Shown in pieces: positions 49,701-58,843 of a stretch of 64,000 nucleotides of DNA. A program made the translations under genes and the position numbers. The notes below the pieces were generated by a model, which was not told the DNA's origin, did not search any database, and saw only the letters and a list, made by a program, of their open reading frames with translations. The stretch comes from a virus: positions 1 to 64,000 of IMG/VR virus record IMGVR_UViG_3300045974_000399; one strand, given 5' to 3'. Each line of letters opens with the position of its first letter. Position 1 is the first letter of the stretch.

Positions 49701-51370
49701 TCTTGAATGCCAATGCGCTCCATAATTATCATGGAGCTATCTTGACACAGAACAATTTCGTCAGTATCAGCCAAATAATTTCCCCAGCTATAATACTTGC
49801 AGAGACCATCAGACCGCTCTACTACACCTGAAGAGAAAAGCCATAAGTCAGGGGAATGTATCCAGCTTGGCGTAAATATATAGGAAACTAGGTCAAGAAT
49901 TGAAACCAAGCACTCATTTCTATGCCAGATGAGCATTGTCTTATTGTCAAGTATGATAGCGTGATGCGCTACATAAGGTGCAGTAGCAACCTTAGTCTCA
50001 ACTAGAGTGGCAACGGTACCATCACCTGAAACATAACTGTAGATGTCTCTTTGATTATTTCTAGCATCAATGGCAAAGAACCTGTCGAAATAATCAACTA
50101 CGGTATCATACACAATATACAAGGCTTTTCTTGACCCTGGAAGGGCAATGTTACCACCACCTGTATCTAGGTTTTCAAGACAAGTGAATAGTCTTTCATC
50201 CCAGTTATATCGAGTGGAAAAAACTACCCAGTCTCTAGATCCGAATTTTCCAAACAAAGTCTCTGCATGGACAACGTTTGACCAATCGGTATCATAGTAA
50301 TGATGAGCGGGTCTTAAAATCCAGTCCTCTTTCTGAACCCAGTACAAAGCGGTGCTCATCCCAGCTATGTCATAGAGGTTTTCACCTGCGTCAATATATA
50401 GTGAGAACTTGGCCCTGTTCATATCCAAAGGGGTAAAGGGATAATTCTTAGCCCTAACTTGAAATGCTTTCATGTACCCTACAGTAGGATTATTCAGGTC
50501 ATAAAAGTCAATGGGGTTAGTCGCGGTTCCATCCGTTAGTCTCCAGCGTTTACCCCATACCCTACCAAGAGTGCTAAAAGGGAAGTACTTAATCGGTCCG
50601 AAGTAGTCAAAGGAAATAGACTTCCAGCCCCAGCCAACCCAGCTACCTAGGTTGTCCTTGCTACCAAGGCCAATAATTCCAGTGTCATATCTGAGATGTG
50701 TCCAGTCGAAAGACAGATCTCCAACGTTACCTACGGTGGATCCATACCACTGCCACTCTAGAGTAGTATTAGCAGACTCATCTGGCATTATATCATTTGA
50801 GAGGATTGAATCAAAAAGACGATATGAACTATACCTACTACCATCTCGGAACAACTGCCAATAAAGCATCCAGTTAACCGTGGTGCCATAGCCATAGTTC
50901 TGACGAGAAGTGGTTACATAGATATAGTAGAATACGGTTAGGGTTGTTTTGTCATCTTGAACTAAAGGAGTGGTAAGAACAGTGTAACAATACGCGGAAG
51001 TACCAGAACCGCTGGTAGCTATACCAATTGTATTTACCGTTCTAACGGTACCTACCGCAGGGGCTAGAAAGGTAGTCTGAAACTTCCAGCGCTTATATGA
51101 ATCCTCACGAGATGGCCAAAGCGCATTGGCTATAACCACGTTAGGTATAACTGTGTCGGTGTACTTTGGTAAAACAGTATTTGTGCTAAGGCATACATAA
51201 GGTATAGCATTACCATTACGCATTGAGTTACCCAATCTACGGGTTCCCTCATCTAGCCAGAGGTTAGGCTGGGTGTGGTCAAATATGGTTTCACCATCAC
51301 GCGTCGCTACCACCCTGACGATACCCTTGGCAGAAAAACCAGCCATACTAAATAATACTTTTGGATCCAT
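46727..51370 (-). CDS. large fibre/receptor-binding protein with discoidin (F5/8)-like and lectin-like domains
   Basis: 1547 aa; aromatic/beta-rich; W..F..P.VINKY..WTLSGS.DG..W..LD..YSYYRL discoidin pattern; two GDF/GPF-type lectin segments. Confidence 0.7.
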   Translation of the reverse strand: MDPKVLFSMAGFSAKGIVRVVATRDGETIFDHTQPNLWLDEGTRRLGNSMRNGNAIPYVCLSTNTVLPKYTDTVIPNVVIANALWPSREDSYKRWKFQTTFLAPAVGTVRTVNTIGIATSGSGTSAYCYTVLTTPLVQDDKTTLTVFYYIYVTTSRQNYGYGTTVNWMLYWQLFRDGSRYSSYRLFDSILSNDIMPDESANTTLEWQWYGSTVGNVGDLSFDWTHLRYDTGIIGLGSKDNLGSWVGWGWKSISFDYFGPIKYFPFSTLGRVWGKRWRLTDGTATNPIDFYDLNNPTVGYMKAFQVRAKNYPFTPLDMNRAKFSLYIDAGENLYDIAGMSTALYWVQKEDWILRPAHHYYDTDWSNVVHAETLFGKFGSRDWVVFSTRYNWDERLFTCLENLDTGGGNIALPGSRKALYIVYDTVVDYFDRFFAIDARNNQRDIYSYVSGDGTVATLVETKVATAPYVAHHAIILDNKTMLIWHRNECLVSILDLVSYIFTPSWIHSPDLWLFSSGVVERSDGLCKYYSWGNYLADTDEIVLCQDSSMIIMERIGIQDRSQFNGIANFNAYTVNNWSLIQHRCGFFRMADSSLYIQPNGGNIGGTVFHPTFLAQRLRSGPFEVTMALKYDARHLNQRIGLVAIPTPTNNNYTHKSVLMNRVGTQMVAEALSTVSGVSTTDATAVVKSGLVNTSNLAITANGAYNSGNLSGPANAWTSNNDYWQVNSTGGYTQWKFNAPTVINKYALVNPTDRSGSYQLYSWTLSGSMDGTTWVTLDSVASQEWEPTTAGFTNYRYFNNVDAYSYYRLSAYDSFYHNPGSYPGCLSSIELHYEDPSVRTSNTLQVIHLKLTRDSANVVQAFYSLDELYVPDGDCTWTNIGTSTQTIAGDLYVGIAAFLKDQSHEKGYEFKVLDYRVNIGEVDKRVNYINLTTKVVNDCRRVSRAGSVIRTIDNYLHVIGQTKMVTIDPADFTILSQRPHVNNTSTRCGYFHDNPDQTFTSAFLFDNSTTTAYDEYQGSNNDSIKVDRIYVYEPTLVTWACQQYPLPLSSYNEGARMATGVINKKHIIAFGHGTWWSGNSYNDWKGYPNSHHEMDYSRYSWDTVYEKWVRVDWTSNMLTMRGRPVHADWQDMFDEIQIRCQPNPLNENLTFANTDRYEFGAVKNGFIKDNQQYLTGVRLVSYFADARQMFETYDLVTQSTQNVEPGDEYFTDSTGQVPNTSRWTTSGTAPLLTAGALQFTAGQTASCTSVYSLEGDFDIQIDVPSISNDGTTNWSGLRVVDVKTGYAIGVFLQNHRFTFYQWLASGSQVGTQVVTADTTTKFRLARSSNIFTGYYWNSTSSAWVSFSITTMQVWNDMRVNIYCSTPSTATRFNNFKINSGTVSWIPYTTIEARALHMDKWLRADFGGDSEFYFLDKSTGYHAYLTDYLLNQNISAVIDSGSIITDSTEVAKGYNFYLGNYLKWNGETRKIIAYDSTLKLFTCDPFSSTPSVGDKFSILSPASAVSITDIYSNTLQTNVVIFDELLGRIYFSRSDANKDFYMAYVYLLRSW

Positions 51371-51382
51371 GTCATGCTCCCT

Positions 51383-52312
51383 TTATACGATAACTTTAGC
51401 TTCCATACTGTATATCGTTAGCCGTCTAGCGGAGTAGCCTGCAACAGCCACCGCGTTAATATTTTCAACTACTGTTTCTATTATGCACTCATAGTTTGCT
51501 ACCGGTCTAACTTTACTTACGATTGATCTTGGATGTGCCTCAAGAAAATTAGCTGTATCAGTAATAAAGAACTGAATAGGTTCACTGCTTAACCTAACTA
51601 GCTTTCTATTAGTGTAACCGGCTAAAAACGCATCCAGAGTGTCCTCAACTGAAACCAGAAATGGAGTATTGATTTCTTCTTTTCGGCTCTCAGTTGTTAT
51701 CTCAAGTATTGTATAGACCGTAGTAAAAGAGTACTTGGCATAGGCTTTAACTCGCCAGTCTAACCAAGTATTCGTTGTTTCGCCAATCAATACGTCCTCT
51801 TCATAAACCTTATACCAAACTTTAACCCCATTATACTGTGGGGCAGCTGTCCAATAAAGACGATACCCCTCAGCAACAGGATTAACTGGTTTTGGCTGAA
51901 AGTCAGGCCAGTCATCGGTAACACTTCTATACTGTAGCCCCTTATACATCAGTCTGCTGGGCTCTATATAGACCGTAACACCCTTAAAGCGTGGATCAAT
52001 AGCATCCCACAATTGCAGTGGAGAAACAGGAAGTCCAAGCTCACCTGGTAGCATTTCTAAGCGCTGTATCTTAGCACCATTCTCGAAGTACAAGTATGCC
52101 TGAGGATTCTCATATGAAAGAGTAGGATGCTGGCCCTGGATTACCTTATACGGAGTACTCCAAGACCCATCATCAGTTGTCTTGATTATATAAATGTCTA
52201 AACCTATTGTGAATACTGCCCAGATTTTACCGTCAACAGTGGCAATATCACAAACATTTATTAGCTCAAGCATCTGCAGCATGTCATTATATGGCTGGCA
52301 GCATATCAGCAT
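51383..52312 (-). CDS. hypothetical fibre-cassette protein (FN3-like segment)
   Basis: LYWTAAP..YKVY..IGET..Y.F pattern. Confidence 0.55.
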   Translation of the reverse strand: MLICCQPYNDMLQMLELINVCDIATVDGKIWAVFTIGLDIYIIKTTDDGSWSTPYKVIQGQHPTLSYENPQAYLYFENGAKIQRLEMLPGELGLPVSPLQLWDAIDPRFKGVTVYIEPSRLMYKGLQYRSVTDDWPDFQPKPVNPVAEGYRLYWTAAPQYNGVKVWYKVYEEDVLIGETTNTWLDWRVKAYAKYSFTTVYTILEITTESRKEEINTPFLVSVEDTLDAFLAGYTNRKLVRLSSEPIQFFITDTANFLEAHPRSIVSKVRPVANYECIIETVVENINAVAVAGYSARRLTIYSMEAKVIV

Positions 52313-52324
52313 ATTGGTATCCTC

Positions 52325-53743
52325 CTATATTAAGGACCCCAGAATGTACCAGCTTACACCTTGCAAAGATTCATCCTCTGTACTTTGTGTAGTAAATATC
52401 AGAGTTTCTCCAGGAGCAAAGTACATCGGCTGCTGAGTCAAGGATATAAATGCCCCATCTCTGCTGTCCTTTACAAAACGAATAGCACCTATCATGATAC
52501 CTGACTTTACTATAGATATATCAAAACGGTTACTAGTAGGTGCAACCGCAGCAAGAGCCTGACTACCCAAGAAACCAGAAGGTATTACCAGAGGCCTGCC
52601 TGCTAAAAATATGCTTACCACAGTGTTACCTGGGACAAAACTAGGAATACTCCCTACTATATCATACATGCCTGAATCAACTATCCAACAAGCATCAGAT
52701 AGAAATAAAGATGGAGTTATCAGGACATAGGTAATCTGAGTTTCCACTATAAAAACTTTAAGTCCCTGCACTTGTTGATTTGTTGTTATCCTATCCCTGT
52801 CAGCTTTTGTTGGAACAGTTATGTAGGGCCTAGGCATCCAGATTAGTTGCCTGCCTGCGGTGTCAACGGTTGGTATACTCCCGTTGTAGCCATCGTAGGT
52901 ATCTGGTGTATCTGTAAGCCGTAAGAATGTAGTATTATTTATATTGAATTGATTTGTAGGGTCAAGTAGCTCTGGGAATAATTCTTTTGGGTTGCGCTGC
53001 GGAGCCTCTGACCAAATAGCTAGCCGAACGTTACCTGCTAATACGGATACCCAGTTAAGTATAAAACCCCTGAACCCAAGTTGAATTCTTAAATACCAGT
53101 CAAGCTCATCCATTCGTGCAGCTATAATTGCGCTACCCCAAGGGTCAGTTATACTATTTCTTCCATAAACAGAACAAAGGTCCCCCTCCCTGATGATTTT
53201 TTTCATCGTGGTGGCGGGACCCTTCAGTTCATGCTTAACTCCCCACTTGTCAATTAGACCAACCTGCTCATAACCTGTCCATAGCCTGAACTGGTTAGAA
53301 GCTCTATAGCTGGGAGTATCTGGGTTAAATCCGAGGTAACCTGTATTCATATCAACAGGCATAACCTCATATTGGAACTCAAAGTCACCTGATAGCACCC
53401 ATGTGCTTTCAAGCCAGTTATCAGTATGGTTCTGGTCTACTCGTAGATATCCACCTGCTGTATAGTAAGCACCTGAGTAGAACCCTGTTTGTCCGTACTC
53501 AGGTAACTTAAGCCAGCGTGTAGGATCAGGGTAGGGTTCCACAGTAAAGTCATCGTCTGCGTACAAGAAGTGAACCTTAACTTCTCTGTAGTAGGGAACA
53601 ACAACTATGTAGCCTTTTGTCCAGGCTTGTTCAATGTCATTTGTGAGAATATCTAGGTATACGGACTCCCCGGCATTAAGTGTAATATCATTGACGACTA
53701 CCCCACCATTCCCGGCAAAGGCCGTTGCTATAACCTTAAACAT
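52325..53743 (-). CDS. fibre protein
   Basis: FLRLTDTPDTYDG and VPTKADRD..GLKVFIVE fibre motifs; N-terminus similar to that of the collagen protein. Confidence 0.65.
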   Translation of the reverse strand: MFKVIATAFAGNGGVVVNDITLNAGESVYLDILTNDIEQAWTKGYIVVVPYYREVKVHFLYADDDFTVEPYPDPTRWLKLPEYGQTGFYSGAYYTAGGYLRVDQNHTDNWLESTWVLSGDFEFQYEVMPVDMNTGYLGFNPDTPSYRASNQFRLWTGYEQVGLIDKWGVKHELKGPATTMKKIIREGDLCSVYGRNSITDPWGSAIIAARMDELDWYLRIQLGFRGFILNWVSVLAGNVRLAIWSEAPQRNPKELFPELLDPTNQFNINNTTFLRLTDTPDTYDGYNGSIPTVDTAGRQLIWMPRPYITVPTKADRDRITTNQQVQGLKVFIVETQITYVLITPSLFLSDACWIVDSGMYDIVGSIPSFVPGNTVVSIFLAGRPLVIPSGFLGSQALAAVAPTSNRFDISIVKSGIMIGAIRFVKDSRDGAFISLTQQPMYFAPGETLIFTTQSTEDESLQGVSWYILGSLI

Positions 53744-53773
53744 AGTGGCTCCTGCCTAAACGGTAATAGTTGC

Positions 53774-54511
53774 TTAAGTAGCCATCGACATTACCCTGTC
53801 CGAAACAGCGTAGATAAACGCAGGTGAGCCTACTGAGCTTGTCTCGAATGGAACAATCTTGTAGATACGTCTGTATACCAGTTCACCAGAAGTATCCCGA
53901 TACAGCGTTTCCTTTGGACCGGTGTGCCGGCAACGCCCACGTTCCGCTCCACACTTGGAACAGGTATAACCTTCAAAGTAGGCACCCATTGAGTAACAAT
54001 TTCTTTCCCCACTGAGTATCTGGTTTGCCAGCACAGGGTCTTTACTTCGGTCAAAGGACAGTAGTTCTACTACCTTAGCGAAGCCCTGACCCCAGCCTCG
54101 CAGCGGGGTAACGAAAGCATCCAGAATTACGCCTTTGGCCTGAGTCATATCTTGATTAGCGTGCTCGCTGTATGTTGGCTTACCTTTGAACCCCTTGTAC
54201 GCCAGCTGTCCCATTTCGGGGTCGAAGCGAAGTAATTCATCCTTGGGAAAGGCAACACCATTGGTATTAGGCATATCGGACACAATTGTAGGCACTGGAA
54301 CCATTATGTAATCACGAAGATCCTTAGACAGATTATAGCACTCCGCAGCCGCAGGTAGCCAGAAATCGGCATCAAGTCGTGCTCCATTTACTCCTGTCAT
54401 GTCAGAAGACAGAGCGGCGTTACGAGTAGTTTCTTTATACAGTTCCAGTGGCGCACTCCCACGAGAAGCACAGCTATACGTCACCATTTTTCCATCTTTA
54501 AAGAGTTCCAT
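53774..54511 (-). CDS. prohead (maturation) protease with Zn-finger insertion
   Basis: NTNG..F, GKPTYSEH, GVILDA, SMG, CSKC..CRH, ETSSV..PA; lies next to portal. Confidence 0.8.
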   Translation of the reverse strand: MELFKDGKMVTYSCASRGSAPLELYKETTRNAALSSDMTGVNGARLDADFWLPAAAECYNLSKDLRDYIMVPVPTIVSDMPNTNGVAFPKDELLRFDPEMGQLAYKGFKGKPTYSEHANQDMTQAKGVILDAFVTPLRGWGQGFAKVVELLSFDRSKDPVLANQILSGERNCYSMGAYFEGYTCSKCGAERGRCRHTGPKETLYRDTSGELVYRRIYKIVPFETSSVGSPAFIYAVSDRVMSMAT

Positions 54512-54535
54512 CTCAGCCTCCACCTGTTTGATATG

Positions 54536-54676
54536 TTAGAATACCTTTGGTGCTGGTGTTATTTTTAGCTTTTTCCTACCCACCTTGGTTTTAGCATACT
54601 GCATCAAAATGGATGGCTTCTTTTTCTTACCTGTACGTGTCAGTCTTCGCTTTTTCATCAGCATAGAGCGCTTCAT
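54536..54676 (-). CDS. 46-aa highly basic protein (not in the ORF track)
   Basis: MKRSMLMKKRRLTRTGKKKKPSILMQYAKTKVGRKKLKITPAPKVF; GGAGG RBS. Confidence 0.55.
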   Translation of the reverse strand: MKRSMLMKKRRLTRTGKKKKPSILMQYAKTKVGRKKLKITPAPKVF

Positions 54677-54694
54677 GGCTTATAACCTCCAGAA

Positions 54695-56554
54695 TTATCT
54701 TTTACTTTCGTGCTTAGCACGAGCAGCTTCATCCTTGTGTAATTTTTCTGCAGCTTTGGCAATCAAGCGGTTCATCTTTGCATGAGCTCCTTTTTGGTTA
54801 GATATATACTTCGGCTTACCTGATTTAGTTTCACCGATTATATCGGAAGCTACTCCGTACTCTCTACCCAGAAGACCCTTTGATGCCTTACCTTTACTTT
54901 CCAGAAGCTTTCGATGCGTGGCTGAGATGTAGGGATTGTCCGAGCTAACGTGACCCAGGGTAGTGAACAGCTCATGAAGATCAGATGCCTCCTCAGAGTC
55001 GTCTTCACTTTCAGGTGCGCCACCCCCGCCTTCAAGGCGTTTCTTTTGCTCAGATATCATCTTTCGTACCTTGAAGTCATCGTCCATCTCTTGGATTAGA
55101 GCATCAAGGGATAACCCGCCTGCCGCAGCCATAGTCCGCAGACTTACAGGTACACCTGCTTCGGTTAGGGTGTTTAGCATCTGAATATAATCTGTATCGC
55201 CCTCGGGCTTTAACTGTTTGTGCCAGTGAACCTGTGGTATAACCAGAGATGAGTTGTCCTGCAGTTCATAAAGAATTTCCTCTGGGTCCATACCCTTCTT
55301 TTTCCATTTTCGGGCATCATCTGCATTCTTATAATACCCATTCACCACGGAAATCAAAGGGAATAATTTGTCATAAAATACCTTCCGAGTAAGCATGTCC
55401 CGATATGAGCGAAGACCTTCAATGAATACCGAAAGAGCTGCTTCAGCCGAGTTATAGTTAGCGTCTCCAGACAAGAATGACTCGCTTATGCCTAACGCTC
55501 TAAGCTTAGCAGGAACTGTCTCAGACCAAACACTAGTGATATTCCAGAAGTCTCCACCCTGCCTAATGTCAGCCACGTTAATATCCGACCGAGTCGCAAC
55601 AATCGCCCCAATTGGATCAGCGTCAGCATTCATAAACAGTTCGGTTAAGTACTCCAAGTCCATGAGAGTAGGTTCCCAGTCCATGCCGTTTCCCGCTGTG
55701 ATATGCAGGATGGCACGCTGCCGCTTAGCACTCTCAATAAGCGTACCCTTGAACAGATTTTTCTCCAGAAGGTATATCGGTAGGATACGTTTGTAGTAGG
55801 ATATGCCTTCTCGGTTAGAAAGTGCTTTCCGGGGAACATACAGGGTTGTGAGGTTATCCAGTTCAAAAGATCCACCCTGCAACTTCTTGATGATGTCCTC
55901 TCCTAGACGTTTCTTTATTCGCTCAATTCTTTTTGACTTACTGTTCAGTACATCAAGGGTTTCTCGAGCTACGGTCACGTTAATGATTGGGTCCTGTCCA
56001 TAGAATGGCAACGGACTTATCTTACAGTGGTCAATGTCTTGCGGGATTATGTCGGTGAATATTCCCTTCTGTTTATTGAAAACCAGGGTACCAATAAAAG
56101 TCCCTAGAACAAGGTAGTCGATACTCATCTCTGGAAGAAGACGGAATATGTTTATCCTATCCAAAGACTCATAAAATTTACCCAGAAGCTGGTTCTGATC
56201 TTTGGATACACCACCCAGTGTAATATCTGAGAAGGGTAAGGTAGACATCAAGTCTGCTGCCGCTCCCGCCACGTTATCATAGTAGTATATATCTCGGTAT
56301 AGATTATTCAGCAAAGGGAAGTTTTCGTAGCCATCGGGAACAATACCCTTTAGCAGAGGGAACAGGTCTATATTCAACATGTTGTTACTTACAGAGGTGT
56401 TTCTCAAGGATGTGCTTTGCATTCCATCAAAAGCTGCCGAAGTTTCAATCATCCGGTCAGTTACTTTCTTAGAATCAGCCTTAGCTGCTACTGCTCGGGA
56501 TGCAGTTCCTTGCAGCGTCCTTTCGTCCTGAATATGTCTACGAGAGCGAATCAT
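54695..56554 (-). CDS. portal protein
   Basis: 619 aa between terminase and protease; YRDIYYYD..PFSD; ALGISESFLSG..NY. Confidence 0.8.
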   Translation of the reverse strand: MIRSRRHIQDERTLQGTASRAVAAKADSKKVTDRMIETSAAFDGMQSTSLRNTSVSNNMLNIDLFPLLKGIVPDGYENFPLLNNLYRDIYYYDNVAGAAADLMSTLPFSDITLGGVSKDQNQLLGKFYESLDRINIFRLLPEMSIDYLVLGTFIGTLVFNKQKGIFTDIIPQDIDHCKISPLPFYGQDPIINVTVARETLDVLNSKSKRIERIKKRLGEDIIKKLQGGSFELDNLTTLYVPRKALSNREGISYYKRILPIYLLEKNLFKGTLIESAKRQRAILHITAGNGMDWEPTLMDLEYLTELFMNADADPIGAIVATRSDINVADIRQGGDFWNITSVWSETVPAKLRALGISESFLSGDANYNSAEAALSVFIEGLRSYRDMLTRKVFYDKLFPLISVVNGYYKNADDARKWKKKGMDPEEILYELQDNSSLVIPQVHWHKQLKPEGDTDYIQMLNTLTEAGVPVSLRTMAAAGGLSLDALIQEMDDDFKVRKMISEQKKRLEGGGGAPESEDDSEEASDLHELFTTLGHVSSDNPYISATHRKLLESKGKASKGLLGREYGVASDIIGETKSGKPKYISNQKGAHAKMNRLIAKAAEKLHKDEAARAKHESKR

Positions 56555-56588
56555 TTTGTCTCCACCTCTTTTATCGAATTAGGGCCTA

Positions 56589-56598
56589 CCTAAAATTA
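56589..56598 (-). promoter_or_regulatory. putative late promoter motif TAATTTTAGG upstream of portal
   Basis: recurrent motif, ~35 nt upstream of the start and separate from the RBS. Confidence 0.5.
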
Positions 56599-56618
56599 CG
56601 AAATTCCGGTATTATTCC

Positions 56619-56837
56619 CTAATTGTGTACTGGGTATGCTACGCGACAGGGGACACAGTAATTAACCTTCTGATGCCCACTAGCCTTGCCTAGTCTTGCA
56701 TGTTCCATGTTACTGTTGCACTTGGGACAAATTCCTTCTGTCTCCAAGGTAAGCGCACCGGCCACGGTAACATCACCGCGCGCAACTTCTAGAGTTTTGA
56801 GTGGATTTGGTATCTCATCCAGACGATTTCGTAGCAT
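56619..56837 (-). CDS. small Zn-ribbon protein
   Basis: CPKC..CVPC; AAGGAG RBS. Confidence 0.65.
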   Translation of the reverse strand: MLRNRLDEIPNPLKTLEVARGDVTVAGALTLETEGICPKCNSNMEHARLGKASGHQKVNYCVPCRVAYPVHN

Positions 56838-57327
56838 TGGCTATCTCCTTGTGTATGTAGATTCTTCTTCTTCTAGTATTTCTTTTTGAATATGTAGCCG
56901 CGCGCCAGGCAAGTCTGCATATCATTTTATACTTGAATGACTTCTTCATTTTTCTTTTCTTGGCGTTTAAGACCGTCCTAAGAAATCCTGTGCGGTTGCA
57001 TAGGAGTAGTACGCCAATACCAAGCCTTCTGAGCTCCGGGTAGCAAGGTACAATCCAATCAGTATCATGAACACAGAAATATAACTGGTGAGAATAGGGT
57101 AAGTAGCTCTCATATTTATGATCCGATTTGAAGTCTGCTCGGCCAGATTTAACTTCTATTGCTATGGTTTTACCTCTAAGATTTATACCATATACATCAA
57201 TACGCTTTTTATGCCACGTACTCTCCGCAATGCCAATTTCAGTGAATACTCCAAAGCCCCGCTTAGACAGGTGCATGGCTGCGGCAGTTGTAAGCGCCTT
57301 CGTAATATGTTTCCTATCTGTTGACAT
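56815..57327 (-). CDS. MmcB-like PD-(D/E)XK nuclease
   Basis: RIDV..IEVKSGRADFKSDHKY..YL..LYF. Confidence 0.8.
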   Translation of the reverse strand: MSTDRKHITKALTTAAAMHLSKRGFGVFTEIGIAESTWHKKRIDVYGINLRGKTIAIEVKSGRADFKSDHKYESYLPYSHQLYFCVHDTDWIVPCYPELRRLGIGVLLLCNRTGFLRTVLNAKKRKMKKSFKYKMICRLAWRAATYSKRNTRRRRIYIHKEIANATKSSG

Positions 57328-58198
57328 GCTCTCTGTCCCGCTGCTCTCTTATTGCTTTGAAATCAGCATCGAAATCTTTTCTGGCATTGTAAATGTTGTT
57401 CCACTGAGCTACAGTAAACTTAGAGGTATACTCTTGCCAGTGCAGTACATTCTGGCCATCAAGGAAAGAACCTTCCGCTAATCTAGTGGCATCAGTAGGT
57501 TGAATCCACTTGGTTCGGCACACCCTTAAGATACGAGCTTTCTTTCTTTCGTCTTCAACAAGGTAAAACGTACCCTTCTTAAGAATAGCCGCCCTAACTG
57601 CTTTTATGTCCAGGGCCTTAGAGGGCTTGGTGTTGGTAACAAGATTCGGAAACCCTATGATAGGTTCCCCTGCGTCATCCGTTTCCCTTCTCCATATGAA
57701 GGCCCCTGACTTTGGTGCTTTATTTGGATCTGAGTACACCGTACCGTCAGTCCCAGGATAGTTAGACAATAGCGGCTTCTTAAGCTTGGAATCCAGCAAA
57801 AGGCTGCGTAGATTTTTTGGGTCTAGGTTACCCGAATACTTTGATATGTACTTATTGACCCTAACTTCTCGGGGCGTCGCAGGTTTCTTGGGAGCCCCGG
57901 TAGAATCTGTACGCTCATCTTTGATCTTTGTTGTACGCGGCTTCTTATCGGACCGAATGTCTTTGATAGGTGACTTCCCTTTTTTAACCGGAGATTCCTT
58001 TATGGCTACCTTCGGCTTCTTTTCAGGCTTTTCCTTAGCGATAGGCACCCGCTTTTTCCAGGAGGTGTCAAAAACTTCCTGAACGCTGGTTGTCCAGCGC
58101 TTACCTGCCAGCTTAACCTTGGACTTTGCCTTGACTAGTACCTCTGGCTTAGATAGACCTTTACCCTTCAGCTTAAGAATGTAATCAGATAACGTCAC
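57314..58198 (-). CDS. basic hypothetical protein
   Basis: 294 aa, Lys-rich; GGAGGG RBS. Confidence 0.65.
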   Translation of the reverse strand: MTLSDYILKLKGKGLSKPEVLVKAKSKVKLAGKRWTTSVQEVFDTSWKKRVPIAKEKPEKKPKVAIKESPVKKGKSPIKDIRSDKKPRTTKIKDERTDSTGAPKKPATPREVRVNKYISKYSGNLDPKNLRSLLLDSKLKKPLLSNYPGTDGTVYSDPNKAPKSGAFIWRRETDDAGEPIIGFPNLVTNTKPSKALDIKAVRAAILKKGTFYLVEDERKKARILRVCRTKWIQPTDATRLAEGSFLDGQNVLHWQEYTSKFTVAQWNNIYNARKDFDADFKAIREQRDREHVNR

Positions 58199-58210
58199 GG
58201 CCCCCTCCTG

Positions 58211-58843
58211 TTAAAAGTCGATATTCTGTTGCTTAACTATATCACGGGTCCTGAAGTTATACGCTATGAGCTGACCCATACCCTTCTTATCCCGCGTTAT
58301 GCCTCCATCCAGTACTACCTTTGTCCTCTTTCGGGCTTGACTCTTTATTACACTCTGCTTAGTTGGAGTGTGACCCTCCAATATAGTAGTATGAGTATCC
58401 ACGTTAACTATATCCAGATCACCATGATGAAGCACATACTTCTTTGTAGTAACAACTGAAGGCATCTCACGCAGAAGCTTTATATACTTTCGAGGTATCT
58501 GCTTAACTTCACTAGCTCCAAAGCTTTGAAGAGTCTCTGGATACTTTTTCTCAAACTCAACCCGATGCACAGGCATTGTCCAAGCATCAAGAAGTTTCTG
58601 GTCATTGTTCCCGCGAATGAATACTACTTCTTGGCCTCTGTCCCGCAATGCTATCAGGATATCCAAAACGCCTTTAGAATCAGGGCCCTTGTTGATATAG
58701 TCCCCAAGAAAGTACAGTTTATCAATAGCCCTAAGCTTTATCTTGGATAACAGCTTTAGAAGTGTCTTGGGACATCCATGCGTGTCACCTATCGCCCATT
58801 TATTTCTAGTTTCAATACTTGCCAACGCTCTGATAACTTTCAC
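58211..58843 (-). CDS. calcineurin-like metallophosphoesterase (phage Ser/Thr phosphatase family)
   Basis: GDTHG, GDYINKGPDS, RGNND, H and GHTP motifs. Confidence 0.88.
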   Translation of the reverse strand: MKVIRALASIETRNKWAIGDTHGCPKTLLKLLSKIKLRAIDKLYFLGDYINKGPDSKGVLDILIALRDRGQEVVFIRGNNDQKLLDAWTMPVHRVEFEKKYPETLQSFGASEVKQIPRKYIKLLREMPSVVTTKKYVLHHGDLDIVNVDTHTTILEGHTPTKQSVIKSQARKRTKVVLDGGITRDKKGMGQLIAYNFRTRDIVKQQNIDF

